A stretch of 64,000 nt of DNA. It comes from Takakia lepidozioides. Lineage: Eukaryota > Plantae > Bryophyta. The position numbers and the translations under genes were made by a program. The DNA lies in NCBI GenBank assembly GCA_030704615.1, contig CM060733.1, positions 52,018,001-52,082,000 of the forward strand. Direction: 5' to 3'. Positions 13,597 to 26,200 of this stretch are shown here, piece by piece (the stretch's first letter is position 1; each line of letters opens with the position of its first letter). The notes under the pieces are model-generated. The model saw nothing but the letters and a program-made list of their open reading frames with translations. It searched no databases and was not told the origin of the DNA.

Positions 13597-14237
13597 CGCA
13601 GATTACCCAGACACTTTCACCTCCAACAAATGAAGCTGAATTCCCACAACACGTTGCTAAGACACAGTGACTGATCTCCAATTTCTGAACAGAGGATCAA
13701 AAAATCCACGAAAACGGCTCTTGCACAGGAAGAAATCTCAGCTATGGCGGGAAGTAGTAGAGCTCAGTTCCACACTAACACCGAATCAATGCAATCACAA
13801 AGCACAACAGCTCAGAAATCTGGAACGCCTACATTAAACACCTGGAAGCGCAAAATCAAGCTGTGCGAAGAAAACACACAAATTTGGAAGTGCAAATATG
13901 AAAGCCTCCAAGCACATAACTGTTATGCCACGAAGAAAAACATTAACATATATATAACTCCAAGTGGAAGTCGAAGAAACAACTGAGAATGCCACAAAGA
14001 AGGTCCCCGGAATTTGTGAGTTGAAAGAAGAGAATACTCGGAGATGCCCACTTGGGTCGCAAAGACAAAATGAAAAGATAGGAACCACTGTACACTAGAG
14101 CACAAGTGAAGGTTGAAGAAGCAACCGAGAAGGTCCCGGAAGCTGCTGTAAGAGAGTGGCGCCGTGACGACTGAGTCTCAGAAATTGCACAGAATTGAGG
14201 AGATGAGTTTTGTATCATCCACCCAAAGTTGGGGTTT

Positions 14238-14585
14238 CGTTGAATTGTCAGTCGACACTAGGCCTGATCGGATCGGATTTGTGATGGGATGTCCCGATTT
14301 GGATGAATTTGGTCGATGAATGACGCACGGAGGATGAGATCACACATGCGGTACAGATTGAAAAGCCCAATGTTTGGACGGTTGAGAACGATTTTCCGTG
14401 GATCCGACCCGTTGAATTGTCAGTCAACACTAGGCCTGGTCGGATCGGATTTGTGATGGGATGTCCCGATTTGGATGAATTTGGTCGATGAATGACGCAC
14501 GGAGGATGAGATCGCACATACGGTACAGATTGAAAGGCCGATGTTTGGACGGTTGAGATCGATTTTTCGTAAGTTTCGGATCCAT
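14238..14585. repeat. Two-copy tandem duplication of a ~172-bp unit
   Basis: CGTTGAATTGTCAGTC..GGACGGTTGAGA starts at 14238 and again at 14410, near-identical. Confidence 0.9.
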
Positions 14586-15398
14586 CGACGGTTGAGAATT
14601 ATTAGGGTATTTTAATTGGACGGTGTACAGGTTTTTTTTTAAGGAAAGGGGACAGAGGCCCTTTTAGTCAAATTAAATAAAACAGGGTTCACAAAAGGTG
14701 GAAAAAATAACCACCAGGGAGGCCGTAAAGGCTAACCGAGGGGAACTTCCCGAGACCATAGCAAACTAGCTATACTGAGCATAAGGAAGCAGACTGAAAT
14801 GAGCAGGAAGAACTAAGTAAGATGAGGGATGACCAATATCTAATAGGGAGAAGAAACAAGTGCCTAGCGACCAGGATGTAAGCATACACAAGGGCCCGAG
14901 CTCCTGAATGGTGAGCCAAAATGTGCTGTAGCAGGGAAAAACTAACTGGCAGAGCGCCCGAGAGCAAATTATAAGCACGAGATCAACACACGAACTCTTT
15001 CCATTCAGGGTAGAGGTCGCGTTGATCTCGCGCTTATAATTTGCTGTTGGCGCTCTCCTTCTCTCTCGCGTTCTTGCTTTTGTCCCTCCCTCGCTCTTGT
15101 TTCTCTCCCTCTCGCTCTTGTTTTTCGCTCGCTTTCTGTTTCTTTCGGTCGCTTCGCTCGCCCGTTGGTATGTTTGCTCTCTCTTCGTGTTCCTTTGTAC
15201 CTATTTGCTTCGGTTCTAGTTGTGCTGGTGTGTTGGCAATTGTTCCGGTGCTTGCTTTGTTTACGCTATACGCATCACCACCTTACAGCGCCGTTGATCA
15301 AGTATTTCAAATCGTTTGCCTAGGGTTTGTGCTGTCGTGTTTTCCATCCTTGCCTAGGTTTGCCTTATACCCCTGTTTGTTTTTGTTGTATGGGCATC

Positions 15399-16427
15399 AT
15401 GGCAGACCCGGTTCTTGTGAATATGGTTTCAAAAGAAACCGTGGCCGCTGGCGGGGTGGACTCCAGATTCATCGCCATATTATATCCACCGAGTGTCATC
15501 ATCGATGCGTGACTTCAAAAAGGATGAAAAAAAGAAAAAAAGAAAAAAAGATGTTGCAATTATTGCGGATCACGGATTGCTGACATCCGATCCTCTGACG
15601 AAACGTGTCTCTCATCAGAGCATGGAGGAGGCTGTGCACGAGTACTGGAAGAGGCGAGTTGTTGTGGGAATCGTGGAGGCTTACAATCCCGTCCATTGTT
15701 TCTCTTACCAAGACTTGAGGGCCAATCTATCCTATAAGAAGACCAATAGTGTTTTTGAAAGATTCGTTTGGCTTGTTTTTATAGGTGTCTTTCACGTTTA
15801 AATAAGATTATTTTTATTATTGGGGAATCTTAATTTTTGGTTGTCTTGGCTTTGTCATTTCATTTGCTAATGGAAAGGTGATAGGAAAGGCATTGGGCTG
15901 CCTTCTTTTCACACACTTTTGTGGTGGATTCTTTCATCTCTGTAGCATTTGATATTTCTCTAAATTATTCATATGTGGTTTTCAGGCTCAAGCGCGATTG
16001 AGTCGCCTTCAAAAGGACCTGAATCTCAAGGAGCAGAGCGATTGGCCGCCGAAGTTGACTTTCCCTGAGTTTGCAACCTAATTGGGCAAACTCCGCATCT
16101 CGTTCAAACATTGGACAGATCGAAAGATGCTTTGAGACATTCTACTGCAACGTCTTACAGGAGGGGTTGGATAACATATGGACATGCTTTGAAGAAAGTA
16201 AGATGGGCGTCACCAAATCCGACTTGGAGGTCTACACCGCATTGAAGCTGGACCCTCTTGGAGGTATTACGGAATGGTCAAAGATTAACAAGATGGTTGG
16301 CTCACGAGATGACTTGTCTCGTCCATTCACTGCTGGGGCCCAAAGCAACATTGATCTAGTTGTTGAGGAACTTAAGTTGATGGACAAAGTTCGTAACGAA
16401 GATATTGCACGGTCTTTTAGGATATGA
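15399..16427 (+). pseudogene. Decayed coding-like sequence of unknown family (possible TE accessory gene)
   Basis: Protein-like frameshifted ORFs (MADPVLV.., KDVAIIADHG.., NSASRSNIGQIERCFETFYC..) with a probable intron at ~15770-15985; no recognisable motif. Confidence 0.3.
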
Positions 16428-19136
16428 TATACTACTGTTATCACCTCCTTAAGGTGAAAAGTCAACATGTCAAGGACGAAGAGGTTTATGACGATGCTTT
16501 CCTTTCGTTAGATTAGGTTAGCAAGTGAACTATGTGGAGTCTCACGTCGTTGGGTTTTTGGCACTTATGGTTATCTGCACACTGTCCTGGATATTGGAGT
16601 TCAAGATAGAATACGAAAGCTAGCAACAGGGTCGAGGTTTTGGCATGAGCATGACTTGGCCGTTGCGTTGCTGGAAAGAGGAGGGCCGTCAGGACTGGGT
16701 GCGGATGCAGATCTTACGCTTGGTTACACTAGTTTATAGACAGTGAAAGAACGAAAATTAGTGTCATCCTCTATACAGTCAATTGTAAAATGATTCAATT
16801 GTACCATTTGCTATTCGCTTCTATTTCCTTGTCTCTATTATGCGTATGTAATTCCTTGACATCAGATTGCACATGGTGGGGTTTGCTCTTGCGCTACGTA
16901 ATGTCATCTGGGCCTCTTCTCTTTGCATCATAGTGTGGTCTTTGCATTGCTTGATGTGGAGTTTATCTTTGCTATGTGATGTCTGACTTGTAGGTTCTTT
17001 TTGTTCTGGTTCTTTTGGCATGTTGTACAAGTGGTGGCATATCTTAGGCCTCTGGTATTTGGTGTGGTGAGCATGCCTCATCATGCAACGACCTCCACCT
17101 CGTAAACGTGGCCGAGAGGAAATGTGTAGGCGCGACGTGGGTTGGGTCGTCCATCTACCATTACTTATGTCCTGCAAACATTTTTTTGTTTGCGATTTTG
17201 TGTTTGGTTTGGGATTAACGTTTGTGTTGTGGATCCTTCTGGGTTTTGCCTTCAAAGTAGCTGAAGTCGTTTACCTCTATGGCCGCCATTGTGTGAGGAG
17301 GGGGAATGCTAGACAAGGGTCTTGTTTGACAAAGCGAATCTCCTCAGTATGCCTCTCACACGAAACTCTGAAGTAAGGCCTTCTGCCTTGACTAATTAAT
17401 AGTTGATGTAGCTGAACGTGTTTATGAGTTTCTTGTTTATGATCTTGAAGCCGGTGATGAAGATAATATCCGAAACTTCTTATTTCTATGATGTTTAACA
17501 TATCACCATCTTTCGACTGAGGCTTTGCATATTATAAAATATTTCTAGATCCGAGTTGTCTGTAGTAATGGCTAGATGAAGATAGAATACATAAGGCAGA
17601 AATACCTAAATGTGAGCGCGACTTGGGCCCCTATTTTTGCGTATAAAAGTGACTACAGAGGTCCTTGAATGGATGGACAAAATCCAGTGGTTTATTTAAG
17701 GTCTACTAATGGCGAGAATTGCCTACAAATAGGGTGGTTTTACGACTCAACGTGTATACATCCATGTACTTATTGGATTTGTAACTACACGGTTATTAAC
17801 AAATCAAATAGATTACTGTAATCATGATTTGCACTTTAATCACCTAAAGAGCAGGCATAGGCCAGATTTGGGACGGATTTTGTTTCAAAATACCATGACA
17901 ACTGCTCCATTTAAACACAATGGTTGCTCCATTTATAAACACGGGCCCACACGTGCAAGAGTCCCATCATGTAATCCATAAGAGTTCCAAGACGGAAGCA
18001 ATTAAGATATTTTCATATATGACGGGGATATTAAGACTCGTTTTGGATGCATGCATGGATAAGCACTCGACTTAGGGCAGTTTAGTTTTCATTTACTCGG
18101 GCACGTTTTCACACACTATCATGGGTCAGCATAGGCCCCTTGGTGCTCCATTTTAGGTGCATTAATGTTTTGACTTTGGATACTTAGCATGATGAGCAGG
18201 CCATATGTCCTTCCTTATTTGTTTTATAGGGGTGTTTTTTTTTTTTATGCATGACTTGTGCACCTTAGGCAGTTTGAGGCTTTACCTTAGTCATTTCTTG
18301 GGTTCACAATAGTTGGGTCTACTGCTCACATACATAAAGTTGTTAAGTACCACGTTGAAAATTAATGGTTCTGGTCAAAAAAATTGTAATTGATATGAGG
18401 ACCTCTTGTTTCTGTTGTTAATCCAACTATATATATCTCCTTGCTAGACCTTTTCTACGAGTGGAACTGCTTAAACACACACATTTAGGTGTTACTACCT
18501 TAGACCATGTTCTGAGATCATGTGTTGAACCATCATGCAGTACGTACCAACTGACAGCCTTCATACATCCCTCTTCATTTCGCTTTGAGTGATATTACGC
18601 AAATTTGAGGGTTGCTTATTGTCGGTATATGTGTTCAACATGTGCTTTTGCATCTTTTGCCAATCTTCATGTTGTATTAGGACTATACTAGAAAAACTAT
18701 CCAACTTACAAAACATCTGTCAAATGAAACACCCGTCCAGACGTATCCTAACTATTTCAAATGAAAAATACTGTAGTCACTTCAAATGATTTACAATAAC
18801 TTAGGGCGCCACAACTAGTGCTTCTACCTCAGGTTACATAACATGTTCAAAATTTGCTCGCGCTAGAAAAAATTGCAATACTATTGAAATTTGTGCTCAC
18901 ATGGAGCACAATGTAGTGCTATAGTGACTTCTTTGCATAAGATATCACTTGCTGGTGAAATAATGTCATTTATGATATTAAATTTATTATTTAACTATAA
19001 AATATCTTTTTTAAATGATAAGTCTAATGTATGAGGGTTGTAACTTTTTTCCTTCCTAATCTTCTGAGTAAAGTTCTTTATTTGTTTTATGTGTGTGTAT
19101 GTATATAAATTTCTTCATTTGATTTATATGTCTGTG

Positions 19137-19159
19137 TATATATATATATATATATATAT
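19137..19159. repeat. (TA)n microsatellite
   Basis: Direct read. Confidence 0.9.
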
Positions 19160-21057
19160 CGATTAAATTCTATTGATACATATATTCATTTGTGATCACT
19201 TGTATTTTCTGTTTTACCTACAACCAAGGATTGTGCTCGTGCACATCCCAAACCCTCTTCTACTCTACGGTACTTGCATCTCATGTTTGGCATCTTCACA
19301 GGCACAATAAAGTTTTTCTATAAGATATAAAAGTTTCTAAATATTAAGGCAATCTAAGCAGAGAGCATTCTAACACAGTAATATAATTTCTTATCTATTT
19401 TGAATGCTAGCTACGAAGAAGTAATTTTATATGTATAACACATAATTTATGTACAGTCATCAATCAATTGTTTAAAAACTTCTTTAAATATTAAATATCA
19501 ATGTCATAGGTAAAAAATCCTCTAAATTTTGCAGAAATTTTAATTTTTGCAGTTCATAAGTGTCCTGGAATATATTTCAGGTGAACTTGAGGTGCGAGTA
19601 TGATATACTCACACTCCTCATCAAGATGCAAACTACTACAACCAATCAATCCACATCCTTAGACACCGGACCACCAAGCGAGAATTTATGATCTAAAAGT
19701 GTCACTTTCTATTCCCACATAGCAGCTCCAAAATTATTATACGTGCATTATGTACATTTATTTTTGTTTTACAAGATTACCCGAAGCGTTTGAAGTTAGC
19801 AAGACTTCATGGATTGGCTATCCAAGTATCAACTTACAAAGATCCTAACGTCAAAGAAATCAATTAGTCCTGAAAATCGTTCCAACGTTGTGCGACGTGC
19901 AAGATTCTCATGTTTGAGGAACAAACATCGCTCCGCAACAACTGTTCAAGTGACATGAGTTTAAGACTTGCAATGTGGGCAAGAAAAAAGCATCGATCGA
20001 TGTCACGGTCGTCGAGTTTATAGTTCACAACCACATTATGCAAGTCTTTCAACACAATGGCTCAAGTAGTTGCTGCAGACCGAGGCTGGTTCATCACACA
20101 TACTTTCCATACATTTTTGGACATCCTGTGTCCACATTTTTTGTCCTATAAACCAAAATCTGATTATTGGTTTGATTTCCACATGTGGGGATCAAATATT
20201 TATGTATGACAATTGGCTGGAGTCATGTGCAAATGATTGAGTAAATGAATGCTTACATATTGTTCTATAGCTAATTAAATTAGAGCAAGAAAAGATAAAA
20301 TGTCCAATTGGTAATGATTCGACAAAATTGTTGAAAGAAAAACATAGTTGATCAACAATCCAAAGTCTGTGCAAGAGAGGTTAAATGAAAATGGAAGAAC
20401 TCCAGATCAATTAGAACAAAAAAACCAGAAGAACAAGTACACAATTGCAACTTAGAGCCCTAGTGAGTATATTTATAGTTCAAATTCTCTCTAGGTTGCA
20501 CTACCAAATCCAAAACCAAAACCAAAAGAACAAGTACACTATTGCAACTGAAAGCCATATTGAGTATTTATAGTTCAAAATCCTTTCTAGGTTGCACTAC
20601 CAAATCTCACTTGACTTTTGATATCTTGTCACTATGTCCAAAAGGTGCGTAATCAAACGCATACATGAAGAAACACGGCCGTGGCGTTGCTCATGATTTA
20701 AGTCAAGAAAGACACCCACAATTACCTTTAGAATCTCGTTTTGTGCAAGGAATAAGGGATCTCGGCAATGTGATTCATGCTTACGCTCAAAACTCCACAC
20801 TTACGGAACTTTGTGTGTATGTGGGTGTTTATTTATTTAGTTTATTATTCTAAAATTGCCATATGAGCCACATGTAAATTTTACCTAGTGCCCATGTGGC
20901 AAGAATATTAAGGTTAAGAAAAACCGGATATGTAACAGGTGGCACGTTTTAAACTGGTCCACGTTGGCAAAATCTGGCTCCTGATATCCATCTTCTAGCG
21001 CTTTTTGGCGAATGTTTTGGATTTTATCCCGCATAATTGCTTTGTGCATGTAGCTGA

Positions 21058-22779
21058 TTTTTTATTTTTATTTTTAGAGAACAGGGGAAAGTGGCCCTGG
21101 AACACCCTGTGACCAAAGAACACTAAAAAAGGGGGAGTGAAAGAACAGCAGTGACGTGAAGCTTGCAAGCGTAGTCTGGCTTGCACAAGGAAGGAGGAGG
21201 GGAAAGGTAGCAGCAGCCTAAATTCCTGTGAAATCAAGCTGAGCTTTGGCCTTCGAAGCGCACGGCTTCAGGTGACGCCAGTTGATCTCTGGGTCGTCCA
21301 AATCACCCGGAGACTTGAACTCATCGTGCCAAGTGACTGTAGTTTCAGAGATGCGGGTGCAAATGCGATTATCTTTCGCCCAGGAGAGATCGAAGGCAGC
21401 AAGCAATTGTCTCCTTCTCCTGTCGCCACACCTGGAAAACACTGATTGCAAGTAAACCCAACATTTACGCCCCTCAGTCATCAAATCGCAAAAAATATTA
21501 TGTAGAATTAATCTAAGACTGGGGCGCCTCCCCTGGAAAACAAGAGCACACCTGGCTTTCCCAAAGAGACCGCAGAGTAAGTGCTCTTAGGGATGCCCAG
21601 ATCGGGCATTTCTCCTAGATCGCACCGTTATGAAGATTGAGCAAAAACAGAAGGTTAGATCGAAGCGAGAGAGGGGTCCAAGAGGAATAGAAAGTAGAGA
21701 CTAGATGCCAGACTCTCTGGGACATGGCACAATTGACAAGGCAATGCTCAATTGTCTCACTTATACCAATTCCACAGCACTGGCATGAGGGGTCAGCATC
21801 CTGATAGTGCGCAGCCACTGGTAGAATTCTATTAGCTAACTTCCAAAGAAAGGCACTGATTCTGGAAGAACGGCTTTTGAGCCATATATCAGCCCAAATG
21901 GCAGGCCATGGAATCCCTCCGAGAGGCTCCCCCCATTTGTGGTTCCATTTTGCCGTGGAATTGGCATTCCCAATCTGCAGGCGGTATCCCAATTTAACCG
22001 TGTATCCCATAAAGGGTGTGTGAGCACGATCCATCCAAGACCACTCGGCCGGGTCGAATTGGAGGCCTTGAAGTGGCAAGTGAGGGAGGAGGCTCGTGCC
22101 CACTCAGCACCCATTCCAGGGGCTGGTTTCGGGTCAGGAGGAGTCCAGGACACGAATGCGAAAACATGCATTTTTGGGGGAGCTTCCAGGCCCAGTATAG
22201 CAGAGACTGCCTGCTGGCGAGGCTTGGAAGAGAAGCCCGTGCCAGAAGTCTGGCTCCTCCGACATAGCCAACAAGGCCGAACGCTCAGGGGAGCCGAACC
22301 AACACCGAATTGTTGAGGTCTGCGTATTTGTAAGCAGGGGTAACAAATATGAAACGCCAAGCTGGATCCTGTCCCATCCCGCCCTGATTGAATTTACGGA
22401 AATAAGAGAGGCCAGCAGATCGTGGTCCAAGAAGCCTCCATTCTCCCATACGTTCGCAACATGCGAGAAGCCTCTATCCTCCCATGTTGCCCACTTTTTA
22501 TGGAAGATTGCAAGGTGCTCATCATCAAGCTTCGAGTTACCAAATAATGGTTGCCGGATAGCTTCTTCAAAGCACATGGCCCTTCTTTGGAAGAGATGTG
22601 GCCTCATAGATAACCAAGCTGCCCAAATGCATTGCCAGGCTGGGGAACCTTTGCGTTGGGTTTTTGCCATGCCGTGCACCAGCCATTTCAGCGAGGGTTT
22701 CCAATGCTGGGGATTGAGAGGAAAAGATCCAAGTATGTGAGGCTTTACCAGCGTACACCACGGACTGCCGCCATGCGAA
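21058..22779 (-). mobile_element. LINE (L1/Tx1-like) 3' part: end of ORF2 with zf-RVT and A-rich tail
   Basis: ISAFLWKLANRILP..CQCCG..ETIEHCLVNC (zf-RVT); A-rich tail on the minus strand at 21058-21075; continues in frame with 49267+ once element A is removed. Confidence 0.85.
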
Positions 22780-22827
22780 GAGGGGTGCTATTCCGTGAGC
22801 CTAAAGGCATGAGCCTGTGAGCTTCTG

Positions 22828-23026
22828 GGAATTGGTATAAGTGAGACAATTGATATTAATTCTGATATTAATTCAAAATTTGCTCGCGCTAGAAAAAATT
22901 GCAATACTATTGAAATTTGTGCTCACGTGGAGCACAATGTAGTGCTATAGTGACTTCTTTGCATAAGATATCACTTGCTGGTGAAATAATGTCATTTATG
23001 ATATTAAATTTATTATTTAACTATAA
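22828..23026. repeat. Filler DNA: 26-bp inverted copy of 21748-21773 plus 155-bp direct copy of 18846-19000
   Basis: 22828-22853 is the reverse complement of 21748-21773; 22872-23026 equals 18846-19000 with one mismatch; the two are joined by a duplicated TGATATTAATTC. Confidence 0.9.
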
Positions 23027-23274
23027 CCGTAGCCACGTTCACATGCAAGGGCTTGGTATGTTAATAACATCTAAATGGATGCAATGGATACAATGGATAC
23101 AATGGATGTAACACATCCAGTCAGCATTGCCTTGAAAGGGCTGATCAACCCGCGGTAATAGGTGCCACCCGCGGTAATAGGCCATGCATGTTCGCTCCGG
23201 CATGCTGACGTGGTGTGAGCCTGTGTTGGGCTCACGGGCTCCTGGGCTATCAGAATCACAATCGACCTCCTGTG

Positions 23275-26200
23275 CTATGTCATCCACAAAGATTCCGGCC
23301 CCAACACCACGTCTTCTACCACGGTCGTCAATGGTTGGACTGTGAGTGCCATGAACGAACATGCTTGTTGCGAGTGCCTCTGCATAGACGGGCAGCATGT
23401 AAGACTGAGGAGGACTTCTGCAGCTTTCCTCTTCCCTTTCACATCTGCTGGAATTTTTTTCTGCTCTAGGGTTTCTGGACCTTCTCCCGGTTCAGCGTTC
23501 CTCGTACTTCCACCTCCTTCAGTTTCCCTGCGAGTCATCTCTGCATCCACAGGCTGGTTTCCAAAGCGCACTATTATCGCCGACTGTGTCACAGCCGTTG
23601 CCTCAGTCTCGGTCTGCTCTTGTGAATCAGTCTCCGCGTTCACCTGCTGCCTTGGCCCTGTGTTCTCCAACAAACGACGCCTCGTCATTTGCTCTCTTGC
23701 TCTACGTCTCTCTCTAAGGGAAGTGAGTCCAAAAATGTGTGATAGCCCTGAAGGGTCAGTGGAAGCACACGGACTCCTGCAGAAGTCGACAAAAACTCAT
23801 TTTGAATACAATGATGCAATGCACAAGTCCAACGAAGAGGATGTCTCCCATGTGCACTTCGCCTTAAGAACAGTGATTCTGGGTATTGAAACAACAATGC
23901 AAGCATCCACAAGTTGAACTTACTCACAGGCAAAGTCGGAGTCCAGCTCATTGTCGGACGTCTCCCCTGTATCAATAACACCGGGAAGAGGCTTCGGAAG
24001 GACTTGAGAAGTTTGTCCACCCAAACCCATCAGGAGGTTCTTGTAAATTTCGTCATCCTTTTCAATCCCGAAGAGATGTCGCGCATTGGCCTTGCAAGCG
24101 TGGTACAAAGCACCTGCAATGGAATAGAACGAAGGAAATAGACATTGAAGACTCATTTGGAACGGTGGGAAGTGCTGAAAGTGCAAGCTCAAACAAACCC
24201 GATCAAATGTGAAGGATGAAGAGACGAACCTGTGCCCATTGACAAATCCAAGACTCTGGCGTCGGTGTAGGTGCAGCACTCCACAATCGTTTGAATGAAA
24301 GCCGGGCTCCTCTCCCTGGCCCCTCTCCAAGGAACCCCATTCCCCCTTCGCAAGCACACGTTGTTGTCCACGTAGTTGTGGTGCATGTCATCAGTGGGAG
24401 GATCTGTCCTCTCCTCTATGAACTTGCTCCCATGAGTGATGGTGAACTCCCTAATGACGGCTGGAGTTGTAGGTGGATGCACTCGGACGAGACAAACAGC
24501 TTCAAACAGACGAGTCTGTGAACAAGACATCCACAAGGAACTAAGAAGCTTGAAAACCAGGCCCCTCCATATTCATTTGAGCGACTTATGCAACTCCATC
24601 CGAGAACCACCAAGAAGAGGAATAAGAAGGCAGATTTACCATCTCTCCCGGACGATCCCCCTTCGTCAGGTACATGTTGTTCACACAATTCCATGTCTTT
24701 ACGACCCTCATACCGGAGGCTTTCAAATAGCTAGCAAGTGCACGGTGACAGCGAAGGTCGATGGACTGGATGAGCACCAAAACACCTACATCGGACAGAA
24801 AGAAATTGCAAAAGGAGAAACCCCACAGCCATCAGCGCTCATCAAAAGCATTCCAACGTGGACAAGCACCCGCTGGAGGGACATTCGGGACCGGCAACCC
24901 ATCAGGGATATCCAAGATGATGAGTTCGGCTGCACATGGCTTCTCCTTCCCGTTCACCCAGGATTTGGTCATTTTTGCCTGCAAACAAGCATGCAATGGA
25001 ATGCTCAAGAGTATTGAAACGAGCCATGCCCACAACACACAAGAAGCAGAAGACAACACGCACCATGCCGAGGAACTCCACAATCCTCTCCCACACTGGT
25101 GATGGATCGCCCTTGTAATCAGATTTCTTGGACTCCATCATGGCAAGGAACCCGACGTTGGCCATCTCTAACCTGGTAGGGCGATTGACCCTCGTGGGAT
25201 GCTCCACTGCATAGTACGGGTCCTTAGGATCAACCACCCCTTTGTTCTTTCTCCCGGATCCCCTACCATGCGGTGGAGTCTCTTTGGTTGGCTGGACATC
25301 CGCCGCAGGGCCAGTTTCTATAACACTTCCCTGCCCACCTACCTGCCCCTGTGCTCCCTTCCCCCTACCCCTTCCTTTCCCCCCACCAACAGCAACATCC
25401 TTTTCATTTGCCTTTCTACCTTTACCCGGGGTATCCTGAGCGGGAGGCTCCTTCTCTGCAAGTGTCCTCAAATTTCTATCATGAATCTCGAGGTCGGCAG
25501 CTGTGGCGGTGGCTGCTACATGCTCATTCTCTCTCCTCAAAGACACCTCCTGCGTTGGGGTCTCAGAAACAAGGCAATCCAAATACCAACAATAGGTAGA
25601 AAGATAGTATGGGCCCCAATCTTGCAAGATCCCCGTAGTAAACATGGTCTGGTTGCTAGCAGGAACAAGCCACAAGTCCACGAAATCAGGATGTTTGTCC
25701 AAGCAGTTCTCTACCATGAGAACATACTTTATGTACCTGCAAGCACAGAGACAGCATCATTATGCAATGCAACTATTGTCTCCTAGCTTTTCTATCACAT
25801 CACGAAGACCCCCAAAAAGAGTATGCGACACCGCACACTGTAACCACCGCACACAAAATAGCCTGAAGGGCCCAGGGTGTGCACGTTGGTGTTACTACAC
25901 ACGGATAGAACAAATGAGTGTGCGGCACCGCACACTCATATGAGCCATGCCTTAACACAAGGGCAAGGGAAACAAACAAAAACCAAGATCTGGAAGCAGG
26001 AATATCCAAAGGCTAGATGATGGAAGATGTATCTCACCGCATACATATACTCCATGAAAGCCTCACGGGTCAACAAGTACCATGTTTCTGATGTCTTGGA
26101 GCTCTCGCACTTCTTGTACGTCTCTGCTGAAATGATGGTCTTGAAGTTGCTCAAGGGCATCTGGCCGATCCTCTGTATCCTGTACAGAGTGTGAACCAAA

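Noticed and set aside
20900-20998. Helitron 3' end (CTAG at ~20995)
   Set aside because: No convincing GC-rich hairpin at the expected distance and no RepHel remnants.
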